Notes under the pieces: generated by a model
Seen by the model: only the letters and a program-made list of their open reading frames with translations
Database searches by the model: none
Told to the model about the DNA's origin: nothing
DNA from: Longimicrobiales bacterium
GTDB taxonomy: Bacteria > Gemmatimonadota > Gemmatimonadetes > Longimicrobiales > Gaopeijiaceae
Assembly (NCBI GenBank): GCA_965202805.1
Contig: OZ241869.1
Span: forward strand, 3,520,001-3,584,000
Direction of reading: 5' to 3'
Length of the DNA stretch: 64,000 nucleotides
In this document: piece by piece, positions 49,032 through 59,191 of the stretch
How the letters are laid out: every line of letters starts with the position of its first letter
Position numbering within the stretch: the first letter of the stretch is position 1
Program-made: the position numbers and the translations under genes

Positions 49032-49696
49032 GCGTCAGGCTGATGCCGCTGGAAGACTATCGGGAGTATCCCGTCCAGGAGATGCGTGCCCGTGCACGCG
49101 CCTTCCGGGAGGAAGTCCGCCGCCGGCGCACCGTGCGCGACTTCTCCCCGCGCCCCGTGCCGCGCGGGATCATCGAGGATTGCCTGCTGGCCGCCGGGTC
49201 CGCCCCCAACGGCGCCAACCACCAGCCATGGCATTTCGTCGTGGTGGGCGACCCGGAGGTGAAGAAGCAGATCCGCGAGGCCGCCGAAGAAGAGGAGCGG
49301 GCCTTCTACCGGGGACGGGCGCCGGATGAATGGCTGCGGGCGCTCGAGCCCCTGGGCACCGACGAGCACAAGCCCTTCCTGGAGGTTGCGCCCTACCTGA
49401 TCGTGATCTTCGCCGAGAGCTACGCGCTGCTGCCCGATGGCACCCGCCGCAAGAACTACTACGTCACCGAGTCGGTCGGGATCGCCACGGGCCTGCTCAT
49501 CGCGGCCCTCCACCACGCAGGACTGGCCTCGCTCACCCACACGCCGAGCCCCATGGGCTTCCTGAACCGCATCCTGGGCCGGCCGAAGAACGAGCGCCCG
49601 TTCCTGCTGCTGGTGGCGGGGTATCCGGCGGACGACGCCAGGGTGCCCGTCATCGGCAAGAAACCGCTGCGGGAGATCGCGACCTTCAGCGAGTAG
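49028..49696 (+). CDS. Nitroreductase superfamily, iodotyrosine deiodinase-like
   Basis: [19 protein letters not shown], lid [10 protein letters not shown]...W...[26 protein letters not shown]. Confidence 0.85.
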   Translation: MSVRLMPLEDYREYPVQEMRARARAFREEVRRRRTVRDFSPRPVPRGIIEDCLLAAGSAPNGANHQPWHFVVVGDPEVKKQIREAAEEEERAFYRGRAPDEWLRALEPLGTDEHKPFLEVAPYLIVIFAESYALLPDGTRRKNYYVTESVGIATGLLIAALHHAGLASLTHTPSPMGFLNRILGRPKNERPFLLLVAGYPADDARVPVIGKKPLREIATFSE

Positions 49697-49815
49697 CGGA
49701 CCCCGTGCCCGACCACTCGCATTGCACGACGGTCTTGGATAAACTCCGGCCCGAGGGCGCCCGCCGGGCGCGGACGTCCGTCAGCGATTCCATCCGTTCA
49801 ACCGGACGAGGCACA

Positions 49816-51735
49816 ATGGGACGCCTGGATGCAGACACAGGACGGGACTCGGCGGAAATCCGCGCCTTCACCAAGGCGATTCTGAGGGACCTCAAGGCGC
49901 TCGAGAGAATGCTCTCCCGGGGCATGATCGAGTCCGGGGTGCGCCGGTTCGGCGTGGAGCAGGAGTTCTTCCTGGTGGACCGCGGCTGGCGCCCGGCCGC
50001 CGTCGCGCTCGACGTGCTCGAGCATCTCCCGGAGGACACCTTCACCACCGAGCTGGCGCTCTTCAACCTGGAGGCCAACCTCCAGCCCAAGCTGCTCACC
50101 GGCCGCTGCTTCTCGGCCATGGAGGTCGAGATCGAGGAGCGGATCGCGCAGGCGCGCGCCGCCGCGCAGCGGGAAGGGGCCGACGTCGTGCTGTGCGGGA
50201 TCCTGCCGACCCTGGGCAAGTCCGACCTGTCCATGGACAGCATCACGCCCATGCCCCGCTACTACGCCCTCAACGATGCGCTCAACCGCATCCGCGGCGG
50301 ATCGTCGTACCGGCTGCGCATCGAGGGTACCGACGAGATCTTCGTCGAGCACGACTCGGTGATGGTGGAGGCGTGCAACACCAGCTACCAGGTACATCTT
50401 CAGGTTTCCGCGGAGGAGTTCCCGAGCTTCTACAACGTGGCCCAGCTGGTGACCCCGCCCGTACTGGCGGCATGCGTCAATTCCCCGCTCCTCTTCGGCA
50501 AGCGGCTCTGGAACGAGACCCGCATCGCGCTCTTCGAGCAGTCGATGGACACGCGCAGCGCGACGCCCCACCTGCGGCAGACCAGCACGCGCGTGCGCTT
50601 CGGCGAGCGCTGGATCAACAAGTCGGTGACCGAGCTCTTCGAGGACGACATCGCCCGCTTCCGGGTGCTCCTCACCGGAGAGGTGACGGAGGATCCCTTC
50701 GAGGTGCTTGCGCGCGGCGGCGTGCCCCGGCTGCCCGCGCTGCAACTGCACAACGGCACGGTGTACCGCTGGAATCGCCCCTGCTACGGGATCAGCGAGG
50801 GCAAACCGCACCTGCGCATCGAGTGTCGGGTGCTGCCCTCCGGTCCGACGATCATGGACGAGGTGGCCAACGCCGCCTTCTGGATCGGCCTGGTGCTCGG
50901 GGGCGCCCGGGAATACGGAGACGTCGCCCGCCGGGTCGACTTCGACTACGCCAAGTCCAACTTCGTGGCCGCCAGCCGCAGGGGCCTGGATGCCGGGTTC
51001 CACTGGCTCACCGGGGAGACCGTGAGCGCGCGCGATCTCCTGCTCGGCGAACTGCTGCCGCTGTCGCGGAGCGGGCTTGAGGAGCTCGCTATCGAGCCGA
51101 CCGAGATCGACCACTATCTGGGGATCGTCCAGGGGCGCGTCGAGTCCGGCATGACGGGTGCGACGTGGCAGCTGAAGTCGCTGCGCGGCATGACCGGAAA
51201 GGGATCGGTCGCAGAGTCCATGACCGCGCTCACATCCGGGATGGCCCATCGGCAGCGGGATCCGCGTCCCGCGCACAACTGGGAGCCGGCCGAGATCTGG
51301 GAGGCGGGCGGCTGGCGCTACAACTACCTGAAGGTCGAGCAGTACATGGTGACCGACCTCTTCACGGTGCACGAGGACGAGCCCATCGAGCTGGCCGCCT
51401 TCCTGATGGACAAGCAGAACATCCGCCATGTGCTGGTGGAGAACGACGACCACACCCTGGTGGGCCTGGTGTCGTACCGGTCGATCCTGCGCATGGTCGC
51501 CGCCTCCGGAGCCCCCGGCACCTCGGAGTCCGATCCGATCCGCACCATCATGGCGTCCGACGTAGTGACCGTCGAGCCCGAGACCTCGACCCTGGAAGCG
51601 ATCAGGATCATGCGCGAGAAGCGCGTCTCCGCCCTCCCGGTGGAGAAGAACGGCAAGCTGATCGGCATCATCAGCGAGCGCGATTTCCTGCCCATCGCCT
51701 ATCAGCTGCTGGAGGAGAAGCTGGAGGAGGTTTAG
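49816..51735 (+). CDS. Glutamate--cysteine ligase (GCS2) family protein with C-terminal CBS pair
   Basis: FGVEQEFFLVD, ELALFNLE, EACNTSYQVHLQ, GTVYRWNR, HLRIECRVLPSGPT; two CBS repeats. Confidence 0.85.
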   Translation: MGRLDADTGRDSAEIRAFTKAILRDLKALERMLSRGMIESGVRRFGVEQEFFLVDRGWRPAAVALDVLEHLPEDTFTTELALFNLEANLQPKLLTGRCFSAMEVEIEERIAQARAAAQREGADVVLCGILPTLGKSDLSMDSITPMPRYYALNDALNRIRGGSSYRLRIEGTDEIFVEHDSVMVEACNTSYQVHLQVSAEEFPSFYNVAQLVTPPVLAACVNSPLLFGKRLWNETRIALFEQSMDTRSATPHLRQTSTRVRFGERWINKSVTELFEDDIARFRVLLTGEVTEDPFEVLARGGVPRLPALQLHNGTVYRWNRPCYGISEGKPHLRIECRVLPSGPTIMDEVANAAFWIGLVLGGAREYGDVARRVDFDYAKSNFVAASRRGLDAGFHWLTGETVSARDLLLGELLPLSRSGLEELAIEPTEIDHYLGIVQGRVESGMTGATWQLKSLRGMTGKGSVAESMTALTSGMAHRQRDPRPAHNWEPAEIWEAGGWRYNYLKVEQYMVTDLFTVHEDEPIELAAFLMDKQNIRHVLVENDDHTLVGLVSYRSILRMVAASGAPGTSESDPIRTIMASDVVTVEPETSTLEAIRIMREKRVSALPVEKNGKLIGIISERDFLPIAYQLLEEKLEEV

Positions 51736-51737
51736 CA

Positions 51738-51842
51738 GCGGCGATTGCCCTTTCCCTGGGCGCGTCCGTGGCGACCCGGAACACAAGGGACTTCGATGGA
51801 ACCGGCATCGCCGTTGTGGATCTCTGGGGGACCGGCGAGTGA
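51738..51842 (+). pseudogene. C-terminal remnant of a PIN/VapC (FitB-like) toxin
   Basis: AAIALSLGASVATRNTRDFDGTGIAVVDLW, with no N-terminus. Confidence 0.7.
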
Positions 51843-51900
51843 TGCGAGCGCGGCACTGCGCGCCAACGCAGTCCCGAAAACCGACGAGTGCCGGGCCGGA

Positions 51901-53019
51901 TCAGATCCTGATGTAGATGCGGCGCCTGTGCAGCAGCCACGCGACGGCGAGCCAGAGGACGACCTGCGCCAGCGCCAGGGCAAGGGAGCCGTTGTAGTCG
52001 CCCGCCCAGGGCTGGAATCCGTTGCGGAAGATCCAGTCGTAGAGAGATGAGCCTTCCGGGCCGCCCACGGGAATCCGGCCCATCGTCTTGGCGAACATCC
52101 CCGAGGCCACGAAGATCGCGATCGAGTTCATGCCGCAGGCGACCAGCGGCCTGCTCCACGCGCCTCGCCATCCCCTGACGTCGATGGCCCAGTACATCGT
52201 GCCCAGCACGAGCAGCGCGGTTCCCGCGGTGAACACCACGTAGGAACTTGTCCACAGGTTCTTGTTGATGGGGAAGACGGTGTCCCAGGCGAGTCCCGCG
52301 AGGACCATGGTTGCGCCCGCCGCCCACATGCCCTTGACGAGATGCCCGCCCGCGCGTGCACGCCGGAGCCGTTCGCCGCAGAAGATGCCGAGGAGGCAGG
52401 TGGCGATCGCGGGGAAGGTGGAGAGGAGGCCTTCGGGGTCCCAGCTTCCCGCCCAGAGCCGGCCGGGCATGAGGACGCGGTCGATGTGGGCCGCGAGGTT
52501 GCCGTCAGGAGAGAGGTCGCCCGCGGTGGAGCCGGGGACGGGCACGAGCGTCATCACGGCCCAGTAGCCCAGCAGGAGCGCGCACGTCGCGACCATCCTC
52601 CCGCGGGCCGACGTCCACAGGTAGAGCCCGGCCGCGGCGAAATACACCAGCCCGATCCGCTGGAGCACCCCGTAGAGCCGCATCTCGCCGAAGTCGAAGT
52701 CCGGGATCGCGCGCATGGCCAGGCCGATGCCGATGAGGATCAGCGACCGGCGGACGACGTGCCGGAACAGGTCCGTGCGCGCGGCTCCCTCGTCGAGCCT
52801 GCGCCGGAACGAGAACGGTAGGGCGACGCCGACGATGAACAGGAAATACGGGAAGATGAGGTCGGTAGGGGTCCAACCGTGCCACTCGGCATGCGCGAGC
52901 GGCGCGTACACGTAGGCCCAGCTGCCCGGGTTGTTGACCAGCACCATGCCCGCGATGGTCAGCCCCCGGAACGCGTCCAGGGAGAGGAGCCGGCCGGAGG
53001 GAGAGGTGGCGTCGGGCAT
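51901..53019 (-). CDS. HGSNAT/NagX-like membrane acyltransferase family protein
   Basis: RLLSLDAFRG, HAEWHG, DLIFPYFLF, GVLQRI, DPEGLLS, PINKNLWTSSY. Confidence 0.88.
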   Translation of the reverse strand: MPDATSPSGRLLSLDAFRGLTIAGMVLVNNPGSWAYVYAPLAHAEWHGWTPTDLIFPYFLFIVGVALPFSFRRRLDEGAARTDLFRHVVRRSLILIGIGLAMRAIPDFDFGEMRLYGVLQRIGLVYFAAAGLYLWTSARGRMVATCALLLGYWAVMTLVPVPGSTAGDLSPDGNLAAHIDRVLMPGRLWAGSWDPEGLLSTFPAIATCLLGIFCGERLRRARAGGHLVKGMWAAGATMVLAGLAWDTVFPINKNLWTSSYVVFTAGTALLVLGTMYWAIDVRGWRGAWSRPLVACGMNSIAIFVASGMFAKTMGRIPVGGPEGSSLYDWIFRNGFQPWAGDYNGSLALALAQVVLWLAVAWLLHRRRIYIRI

Positions 53020-53213
53020 GTCGAGCCTTCAGAAACGGAGATCGGTGATCCACGACCTGGTCTGCATGCTAACTGCTGCAGGAAACAAGCGCAGGGGCGA
53101 CCATCGGACAGCGAGGCAGGCCAAGCCTTGTCCGGGTATCTGAGCTTGCATTGCCAAGATATCCAACATAATATGATCAGTATATCGCATATGGCTCCCG
53201 TTGGAGGTATCGG

Positions 53214-53423
53214 GTGAGGAAGACCAGCGTCGAAGTGGACCACGCCCTGATCGAAAAGGTGCGAGGTCTGCTGGGGACATCCTCGATCAAGGAGACGATC
53301 GACGGTGCCCTGCGCGAAGTCCTGCGCAGCGAGGCTCGGCGTCAGGAGATCGCGGCGCTGAAGAGCATGGAGGGTCTGGACCTCTCGAACGAGGAAGTCA
53401 TGGCTGGGGCCTGGCGCACCTGA
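53214..53423 (+). CDS. vapB: VapB-type antitoxin
   Basis: MRKTSVEVD...LGTSSIKETIDGALR; upstream of a PIN gene. Confidence 0.8.
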   Translation: MRKTSVEVDHALIEKVRGLLGTSSIKETIDGALREVLRSEARRQEIAALKSMEGLDLSNEEVMAGAWRT

Positions 53424-53434
53424 CCCACCACGCA

Positions 53435-53848
53435 GTGTCCTCCACCTGTCTGATCGACAAGAGCGCGCTCGCACGGATGCAGCATCCGGTGGTCCGGGCC
53501 CGTCTGGCGCCCATCATCGAGTCGGGCCGGGCGGCAACCTGCGCCATCATCGATCTGGAGGTCCTCTACTCGACGCGCAATCATGCCGATCACTCGCGCA
53601 CCCGTACCCGGCGCGCGCTGGCATACCGGCAGATCGAGCTGAGCAACGCGATTTTCCAGCGGGCCATCACGGTGCAGGGAGAACTCGCCCGAGCCGGACA
53701 ACACCGGATACCGATTCCGGACCTCATCATCGCCGCGGCAGCGGAGGCTGCCGGGGCTACAGTCGTTCACTACGACTCCGACTTCGACACGATTGCCGCA
53801 GTGACGGGTCAGGAAGTGCGGTGGGTGGCGCCGCGGGGATCTCTGTAG
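53435..53848 (+). CDS. vapC: PIN-domain VapC-type toxin
   Basis: LIDKSA, DLEVLYS, IPDLIIAAAA, VHYDSDFD; start uncertain. Confidence 0.85.
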   Translation: MSSTCLIDKSALARMQHPVVRARLAPIIESGRAATCAIIDLEVLYSTRNHADHSRTRTRRALAYRQIELSNAIFQRAITVQGELARAGQHRIPIPDLIIAAAAEAAGATVVHYDSDFDTIAAVTGQEVRWVAPRGSL

Positions 53849-53951
53849 CTCCCGTCCGCAGGTCCATCTCGCGTCGACATCGTCCGCCTGCCGGCGACAG
53901 GGAGAAGGTCGCGGTGCTCGGCTGGGAATCGGGACGGACGCCGTGCTCTCG

Positions 53952-55067
53952 CTACGCCACCACCTCCGCGAACGCGGCCCCCATCTTCTCCAGCGCCTCC
54001 TGCAGCTCGTGCTCGGGCGGGCCGAATCCGAGCCGGAGGTAGTGGTCCATGCCGAAGTGGTCGCCGGGCACCACCAGCACGGACTTCTCGGCGCGCAGCT
54101 TCTCCGCCAGCTCGCTCGAATTGACGGGGGCGTCGTAGCGGACGTAGCAGATCGCGCCCGCGTCGGGGGGATGGTAGTTGAAGAGGCCGTTGTGCGACTC
54201 CATCCACTCGGTGACCAGCGGCAGGTTGTTGCGCAGGATCGAGCGCGTGCGCGCCAGGATGCGGGAGCGGGCTTCCGGGGCGAGAGCCGCGGTCGCGAGG
54301 ATGTCGGAAAGGGTCGCCGGGGTGATGGTCGTGAAGTCGGTGCGCGCCCAGAGGGTCTCGGTGATGTCGGCCGGGGCGACGATCCAGCCGATGCGCAGCC
54401 CCGGCGTGCCGTACGCCTTCGAGAGCGAGTTGGTCACGATGGTGCGCTCGTATTCGCCCCACATGGAGGGCGTCGGGATGCCGGAAAGCTCCGCGCCCTG
54501 GTAGACCTCGTCGCACAGGATCCATGCGCCCGCCCGTGCGGCGGCTTCGACGATGCCCCGGCGCGACTCGGGGGAAAGGCAGGTCCCGGTCGGGTTGTTG
54601 GGATTGGTGATCAGGATGAAGCGCACGTCGTCGTCGAGGATGGCCCGCAACTGGTCAAGGTCGGGTTGCCAGCCGTCCTCCTCAAGGAGCTCGAAGGGGC
54701 GCACCAGGCCGCCGAAGTTCCGCACCAGCCCGGGCACCTGCATGTAGTTCGGGACCATGACGGCGGCGGGCGCCCCGGGCTCCATGAGCTGCCAGCACGC
54801 GGCCATGTTGGCCTCGGCGCCGCCCGTGGTGACCACCACTTCGTCGGGGGTGACGTTGTCGTAGAGGGCGGCGATGCGCTCCCTCAGCTCGTCCGAGCCG
54901 TTGGACTGGCCATAGCCGAGGCTCGACGCTCCCAGGTTCTCCATCCCGGTGAGTTCGAGCAGTTCATCCAGCGAGAGCGGGTCGACGCCGCTCTCGGAGA
55001 GGTTGTAGCGGACGCGGTGCTCGAAGACGGACTGCCAGCGCTCCATCTCGAATCGGTCGAGTTTCAC
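53952..55067 (-). CDS. Class I/II PLP aminotransferase
   Basis: YNLSESG, TNPNNPTG, DEVY, SLSKAYGTPGLRIGW. Confidence 0.9.
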   Translation of the reverse strand: MKLDRFEMERWQSVFEHRVRYNLSESGVDPLSLDELLELTGMENLGASSLGYGQSNGSDELRERIAALYDNVTPDEVVVTTGGAEANMAACWQLMEPGAPAAVMVPNYMQVPGLVRNFGGLVRPFELLEEDGWQPDLDQLRAILDDDVRFILITNPNNPTGTCLSPESRRGIVEAAARAGAWILCDEVYQGAELSGIPTPSMWGEYERTIVTNSLSKAYGTPGLRIGWIVAPADITETLWARTDFTTITPATLSDILATAALAPEARSRILARTRSILRNNLPLVTEWMESHNGLFNYHPPDAGAICYVRYDAPVNSSELAEKLRAEKSVLVVPGDHFGMDHYLRLGFGPPEHELQEALEKMGAAFAEVVA

Positions 55068-55094
55068 GGGCGTGCCTCCGTGGGTTCAGGTTTG

Positions 55095-56597
55095 TCAGCG
55101 GATCCCTATCAGGCCGCGCACGGACTCGATGAGCGCGTCACTGTCCCAGCCGATGCCGTGGCGGAAGACGATGCTCGTGTCCCGGATGTTGCCGTCCGCT
55201 TCCACGTCCCCCTCCACGACCGCGAGATCGGCACGCTTCCCGGCCTCCACGCTGCCCACGTCGTCGAAGATGCCGAGCACGCGCGCCCCGTTGGCGCTCA
55301 TGATCTCCACTACCTCGGGGGCGGTGAAGCCGGCTTCCAGAAGCAGCTCGAAGTTGCGCTGGTCGCCCAGCCCCGGAGGCGCCGCGCCGTATCCGGTGGG
55401 GTCCACACCGGCCGCCAGCAGGCCTCCCGCCTGCACGAAGGCGTACTCGTAGTCCATCGCAACCCGCAGCAGCTCCGGGGAGAGCCCCACGCCCGACCCC
55501 GGGTCGGCGGCGCGGATCTGGTCGAACTGCGCCCGGACGTCGGCGGCCACCTCCGGCGCCAGAACCTCCCAGACCCGGGGGTCGAGGGGGCCCCGGCCGG
55601 GAACGGAGATCTCGTAGACGGCGAGCGTCGAGGTCATCGACACATCGTTGTCGACCATGTCGCGGAAGGTCTGCTGCACCTCCGGGCCGTTGACGTCCAG
55701 GTCCCCATAGGTATTGCGGAATCCGGGCGGGCATTCGTCGGGCTGCTTGGAGGGATCGTACTCGCTGTTGGCGAACAGGCCGTGCTCCAGGTTGTCGATC
55801 CCGAGCGCCACCGCTTCCCTGTAACCCACTGAGCAAAGATGCGCAGTGACGTTTATGCCGTGGGCGTGGGCCTCCTCGATCGCGGCGCCCAGCTCGGCGC
55901 GGCTGATCCAGGTGTAGGCCTTGAACCAGTCCACGCCTTCCTCCGACCAGTAGCGCACCACCCGGCGCGCGGTTTCGGGGCCGTCCAGCTGCGCCATGGT
56001 GCGGCTCCCCCGCTGACCCGTGAGATAGGGCCCGGTCACGAAGATGGTCGGCCCGACCGCGAGCCCCGCCTCGATCTCCTCCTGGAGGTTGATCTCCTCG
56101 TAGGGCGCGCGGGCTCCCGTGGTGCGGATGGTCGTCAGTCCGGAGGCCAGATACAGGCGCGGCGAGCTGAAGGAGAGCTGGGCCGCCCGCCCCCCGGCCG
56201 CCGTGTAGAAGCTGTGGTTGTGCAACCCGATCAACCCGGGCATCACCGTGTGCCCCGAGAGGTCGAGCACCTCCGCGCCATCGGGCACGTCGACCTCGCC
56301 GTCGTTCCCCACCGCCGCGATGCGTCCGTCCGCGATCACCACGGTCTGACCGTCGCGCGCGGGCTCTCCGGTGCCGTCGATCAGCTTCACCCCGGTGAGC
56401 GCGACCGGGTCGGCGTCCACGGCGATCAGGTCGGCGAACTCCTGGGCGGGATCCGCCGCCGGGGCCACGGCGGCCTCCGGCTCGGGGGCGTCCGCTTCCT
56501 GCGATGCGGGCGCTTCGCAGGCAGCGACCCACGCCAGGATGGTGCCCAGCAGCACCGTGGTCGCGAAGGGGGCATGTCGCTCGCGATCATCTCTCAT
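55095..56597 (-). CDS. Amidohydrolase_1 family lipoprotein
   Basis: Lipobox VAAC; PGLIGLHNH, WFKAY, TAHL, LEHG, AGVD, GKRADL. Confidence 0.85.
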   Translation of the reverse strand: MRDDRERHAPFATTVLLGTILAWVAACEAPASQEADAPEPEAAVAPAADPAQEFADLIAVDADPVALTGVKLIDGTGEPARDGQTVVIADGRIAAVGNDGEVDVPDGAEVLDLSGHTVMPGLIGLHNHSFYTAAGGRAAQLSFSSPRLYLASGLTTIRTTGARAPYEEINLQEEIEAGLAVGPTIFVTGPYLTGQRGSRTMAQLDGPETARRVVRYWSEEGVDWFKAYTWISRAELGAAIEEAHAHGINVTAHLCSVGYREAVALGIDNLEHGLFANSEYDPSKQPDECPPGFRNTYGDLDVNGPEVQQTFRDMVDNDVSMTSTLAVYEISVPGRGPLDPRVWEVLAPEVAADVRAQFDQIRAADPGSGVGLSPELLRVAMDYEYAFVQAGGLLAAGVDPTGYGAAPPGLGDQRNFELLLEAGFTAPEVVEIMSANGARVLGIFDDVGSVEAGKRADLAVVEGDVEADGNIRDTSIVFRHGIGWDSDALIESVRGLIGIR

Positions 56598-56642
56598 GGG
56601 TCCTCCTCCCACGTGGTTTCGTTCCAGAGGATGAAAAAGGCA

Positions 56643-56686
56643 GGGCTGGCGGCTTTCGCACAATGGGCTGGCGGCTTCCGCACAAT
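56643..56686. repeat. 22-bp tandem duplication
   Basis: GGGCTGGCGGCTT(T/C)CGCACAAT x2, intergenic. Confidence 0.7.
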
Positions 56687-56753
56687 GGCAGGTGTCCGGA
56701 ATGGCGTCTTGCCGGGGTCGGATCCGGCGCGAGCCACGCGCTCCACCAGGCGG

Positions 56754-59075
56754 TCACGGCTCGACCTCGAAGACGAACTTCATCCCGGCCTCCAGGTGCT
56801 CCGCGATGTGGCAGTGGACCATCCAGCGTCCGGGGTTGGAGAGCTCGAGCAGGATGTCGGTGGTGGAGCCGGTCGGCAGCAGCACGGTGTCCTTCCACAC
56901 CAGGTTGTCGTTGGGGACGCCGTTCTGCGAGAGCACCAGGAAGCGCTGTCCGTGGATGTGCAGCGGGTGCTGCATGGCGTGGAAGGCGTTGCGGTCGTTG
57001 TGGAGCCGGACCTTGACCACGTCGCCCACCCGGAAGCTCCAGCGGATGTCCATGTTCTCGCGTCCGCTTCCGGGCTCGCGCAGGATCCAGCGCGCCTGAC
57101 CGCCATCGCTCGCCCAGTTCATGACCGGCATGGTGCCGCTCCACTCCACCGGGTTGAAGTACGCCCAGTCGTAGAGCATCGACTGCTCCACGGGGCGGGG
57201 CAGGTCCTCGACTTCGAGGGTGAGGTCGAGCGCGTGGTCGACGGGGCGGTCGAAGTGCTCGCGGTAGGCGTCGATGTCGCGCGTGACATCCACGTTCTCG
57301 CGCAGGGCCGCGAAGGCGCGCGCGTGATCGAGCGGGGCAGGCTCGGGGTCGACGACGACGCTGCCCATCACCCGCGACTCGCTGAAGAAGACGCCCTCGC
57401 GGTGGCTGATGGCCTGCACCCGGTTGGAGAGCGCGAACTCGCCGGCCTCGTCGAAGCGCACTTCCACGACGTAGCGCTCGGCCGGGGAGATGACCACGCT
57501 CTCGGCCATCACCTCCCGTTCGAACCTGCCGACGTCGGAAGCCACCACCTTGACGGGAAGCGTGCGGGCGGAGCCGTCGGTGGTGGTTCCGGATTCGCCG
57601 GTCGGGATGCCGGACGAGTCGAGCGAGGTGGAACCATCGTCCGCGCGAGCGAACGACAGGTTGAAGGTCCGCGTGTTGGAGACGTTGGTGAGGAAGAAGC
57701 GCACCACCTCTCCGCGCCGGACGCTCAGCGCGTACTCGGGCTCGCCGTTCACGAGAAGGATGTTCCCGAAGCGGCCCATGAGCGCGTAGTTGCTCGAGTC
57801 CTCCCCGAAGGGCACGATGCCGTCCTCGCCCAGCAGAAGGTCGTCCAGCATCAGCACCTGTTCCCGGTTCACCGGGCCGTAGTAGTCGGCGCGCGGCGAG
57901 TCCACCAGCAGGTTCCCGTAGAGACCCATCTCCTGCTGGACGTCCTCCCGGTGGTGGGGATGGTACCAGTAGATGCCGGCGTCCGGGAAATGGATCCGGT
58001 AGCGGAAGGTCTCGCCGGGCTCGACCGGGTCCTGGGTGACCCCGGGGACGCCGTCGAAGCGGTTGTCGAGGCGGATGCCGTGCCAGTGGATGGCCGTCGG
58101 CAGCGGCGTGCGGTTGGTGAAGTTGACGAAGATGGTCGCGCTCTCGGGCACCTGGATGAGGGGGCCGGGCTGCTGCCCGTTGAAGGCCAGCATGGCCACC
58201 GGGCGGCCGCCGACGTCGCGGCGGACGAAGTCGGCTTCGAGGTCCAGGGTGCCGCCGTCGCCGAGCTGCACGAGTTGGCGCGGCCGGACCGGCGGGAGGT
58301 CCTCCGGCACCGGGGCTTCGGGCAGCCAGGCATCCACGCGCGGCCGGAGCGCCATGATGCCCGGCAGCATCGGCAGGCCGGGGTACATGGGGGGCAGGCT
58401 CCATGCGGATCCGTCCATGGCGCCGGCGTGGTCATGGGACATTCCCGGGGGCGCGCGGAGGGCCTCGGGGGCCTGGGCCAGCAGGTCGTGGGCTTCCATC
58501 AGGCTGCTGGGGGAGCGGCCACGCAGGACGAGGCGGCCTTCACGCTCGCCGGCGGTGGCGGAGGCCTCCGCGGTGATCAGGATGAGGAACTTGTTGAACG
58601 AGATGCGGCCGAGGGGGTTGCGGCCGTTGCCCACCGGTCCGAGGCGGATCACGGGATCCAGCGTGGCCGTGGTGGCCCAGGCCACGTACGACTCGTAGGG
58701 CCCGAGGTCGGCGGGATCCGGAAGGCCGCGCAGCCATGCGGTCAGGTTGTGGACGTGATTTCCCCCGGCGGTCACCGTCACCCCGAAGGGCCCAGGCACG
58801 CGGCCCAGCTCGACCACCCCCCAGGCGTCCCGTCCGGCGGCGGTCGCGTGCAGGTCGAAGCAGAAGAGATCCGTCGGTGTCTGCCCCACGGGAGAGGCTG
58901 CGCCGCCGGCCAGCCGGGCGCCCCGGGCCCCCGCGGAACAGAGGGTCGAGAGGTCGGACTGCTGGGGCGCGAGCGCCGCGGCCCCTCCCGGCAGGAAGCC
59001 GGCCAGAGCGACCACGGTCAACGCCGCCCGAATGCCGGGGGGAGTTTGTCCACGGGCTGCCAGGTCGCGCATCAT
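56754..59075 (-). CDS. Multicopper oxidase with extra N-terminal domain
   Basis: HWHG, WYHPH, HPLHIHG, HCHIAEHLEAGM; signal peptide. Confidence 0.9.
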   Translation of the reverse strand: MMRDLAARGQTPPGIRAALTVVALAGFLPGGAAALAPQQSDLSTLCSAGARGARLAGGAASPVGQTPTDLFCFDLHATAAGRDAWGVVELGRVPGPFGVTVTAGGNHVHNLTAWLRGLPDPADLGPYESYVAWATTATLDPVIRLGPVGNGRNPLGRISFNKFLILITAEASATAGEREGRLVLRGRSPSSLMEAHDLLAQAPEALRAPPGMSHDHAGAMDGSAWSLPPMYPGLPMLPGIMALRPRVDAWLPEAPVPEDLPPVRPRQLVQLGDGGTLDLEADFVRRDVGGRPVAMLAFNGQQPGPLIQVPESATIFVNFTNRTPLPTAIHWHGIRLDNRFDGVPGVTQDPVEPGETFRYRIHFPDAGIYWYHPHHREDVQQEMGLYGNLLVDSPRADYYGPVNREQVLMLDDLLLGEDGIVPFGEDSSNYALMGRFGNILLVNGEPEYALSVRRGEVVRFFLTNVSNTRTFNLSFARADDGSTSLDSSGIPTGESGTTTDGSARTLPVKVVASDVGRFEREVMAESVVISPAERYVVEVRFDEAGEFALSNRVQAISHREGVFFSESRVMGSVVVDPEPAPLDHARAFAALRENVDVTRDIDAYREHFDRPVDHALDLTLEVEDLPRPVEQSMLYDWAYFNPVEWSGTMPVMNWASDGGQARWILREPGSGRENMDIRWSFRVGDVVKVRLHNDRNAFHAMQHPLHIHGQRFLVLSQNGVPNDNLVWKDTVLLPTGSTTDILLELSNPGRWMVHCHIAEHLEAGMKFVFEVEP

Positions 59076-59191
59076 CTCCCGTGCCTGCAGGTGAACTCGA
59101 AGTTCGGGTTTGGTTCCCGGGCGGATGTTCCATAATATGGGCGCGCGGCGCGCACGCGAACCGATGACGACCCATGCCCCGGGAGACGGCC

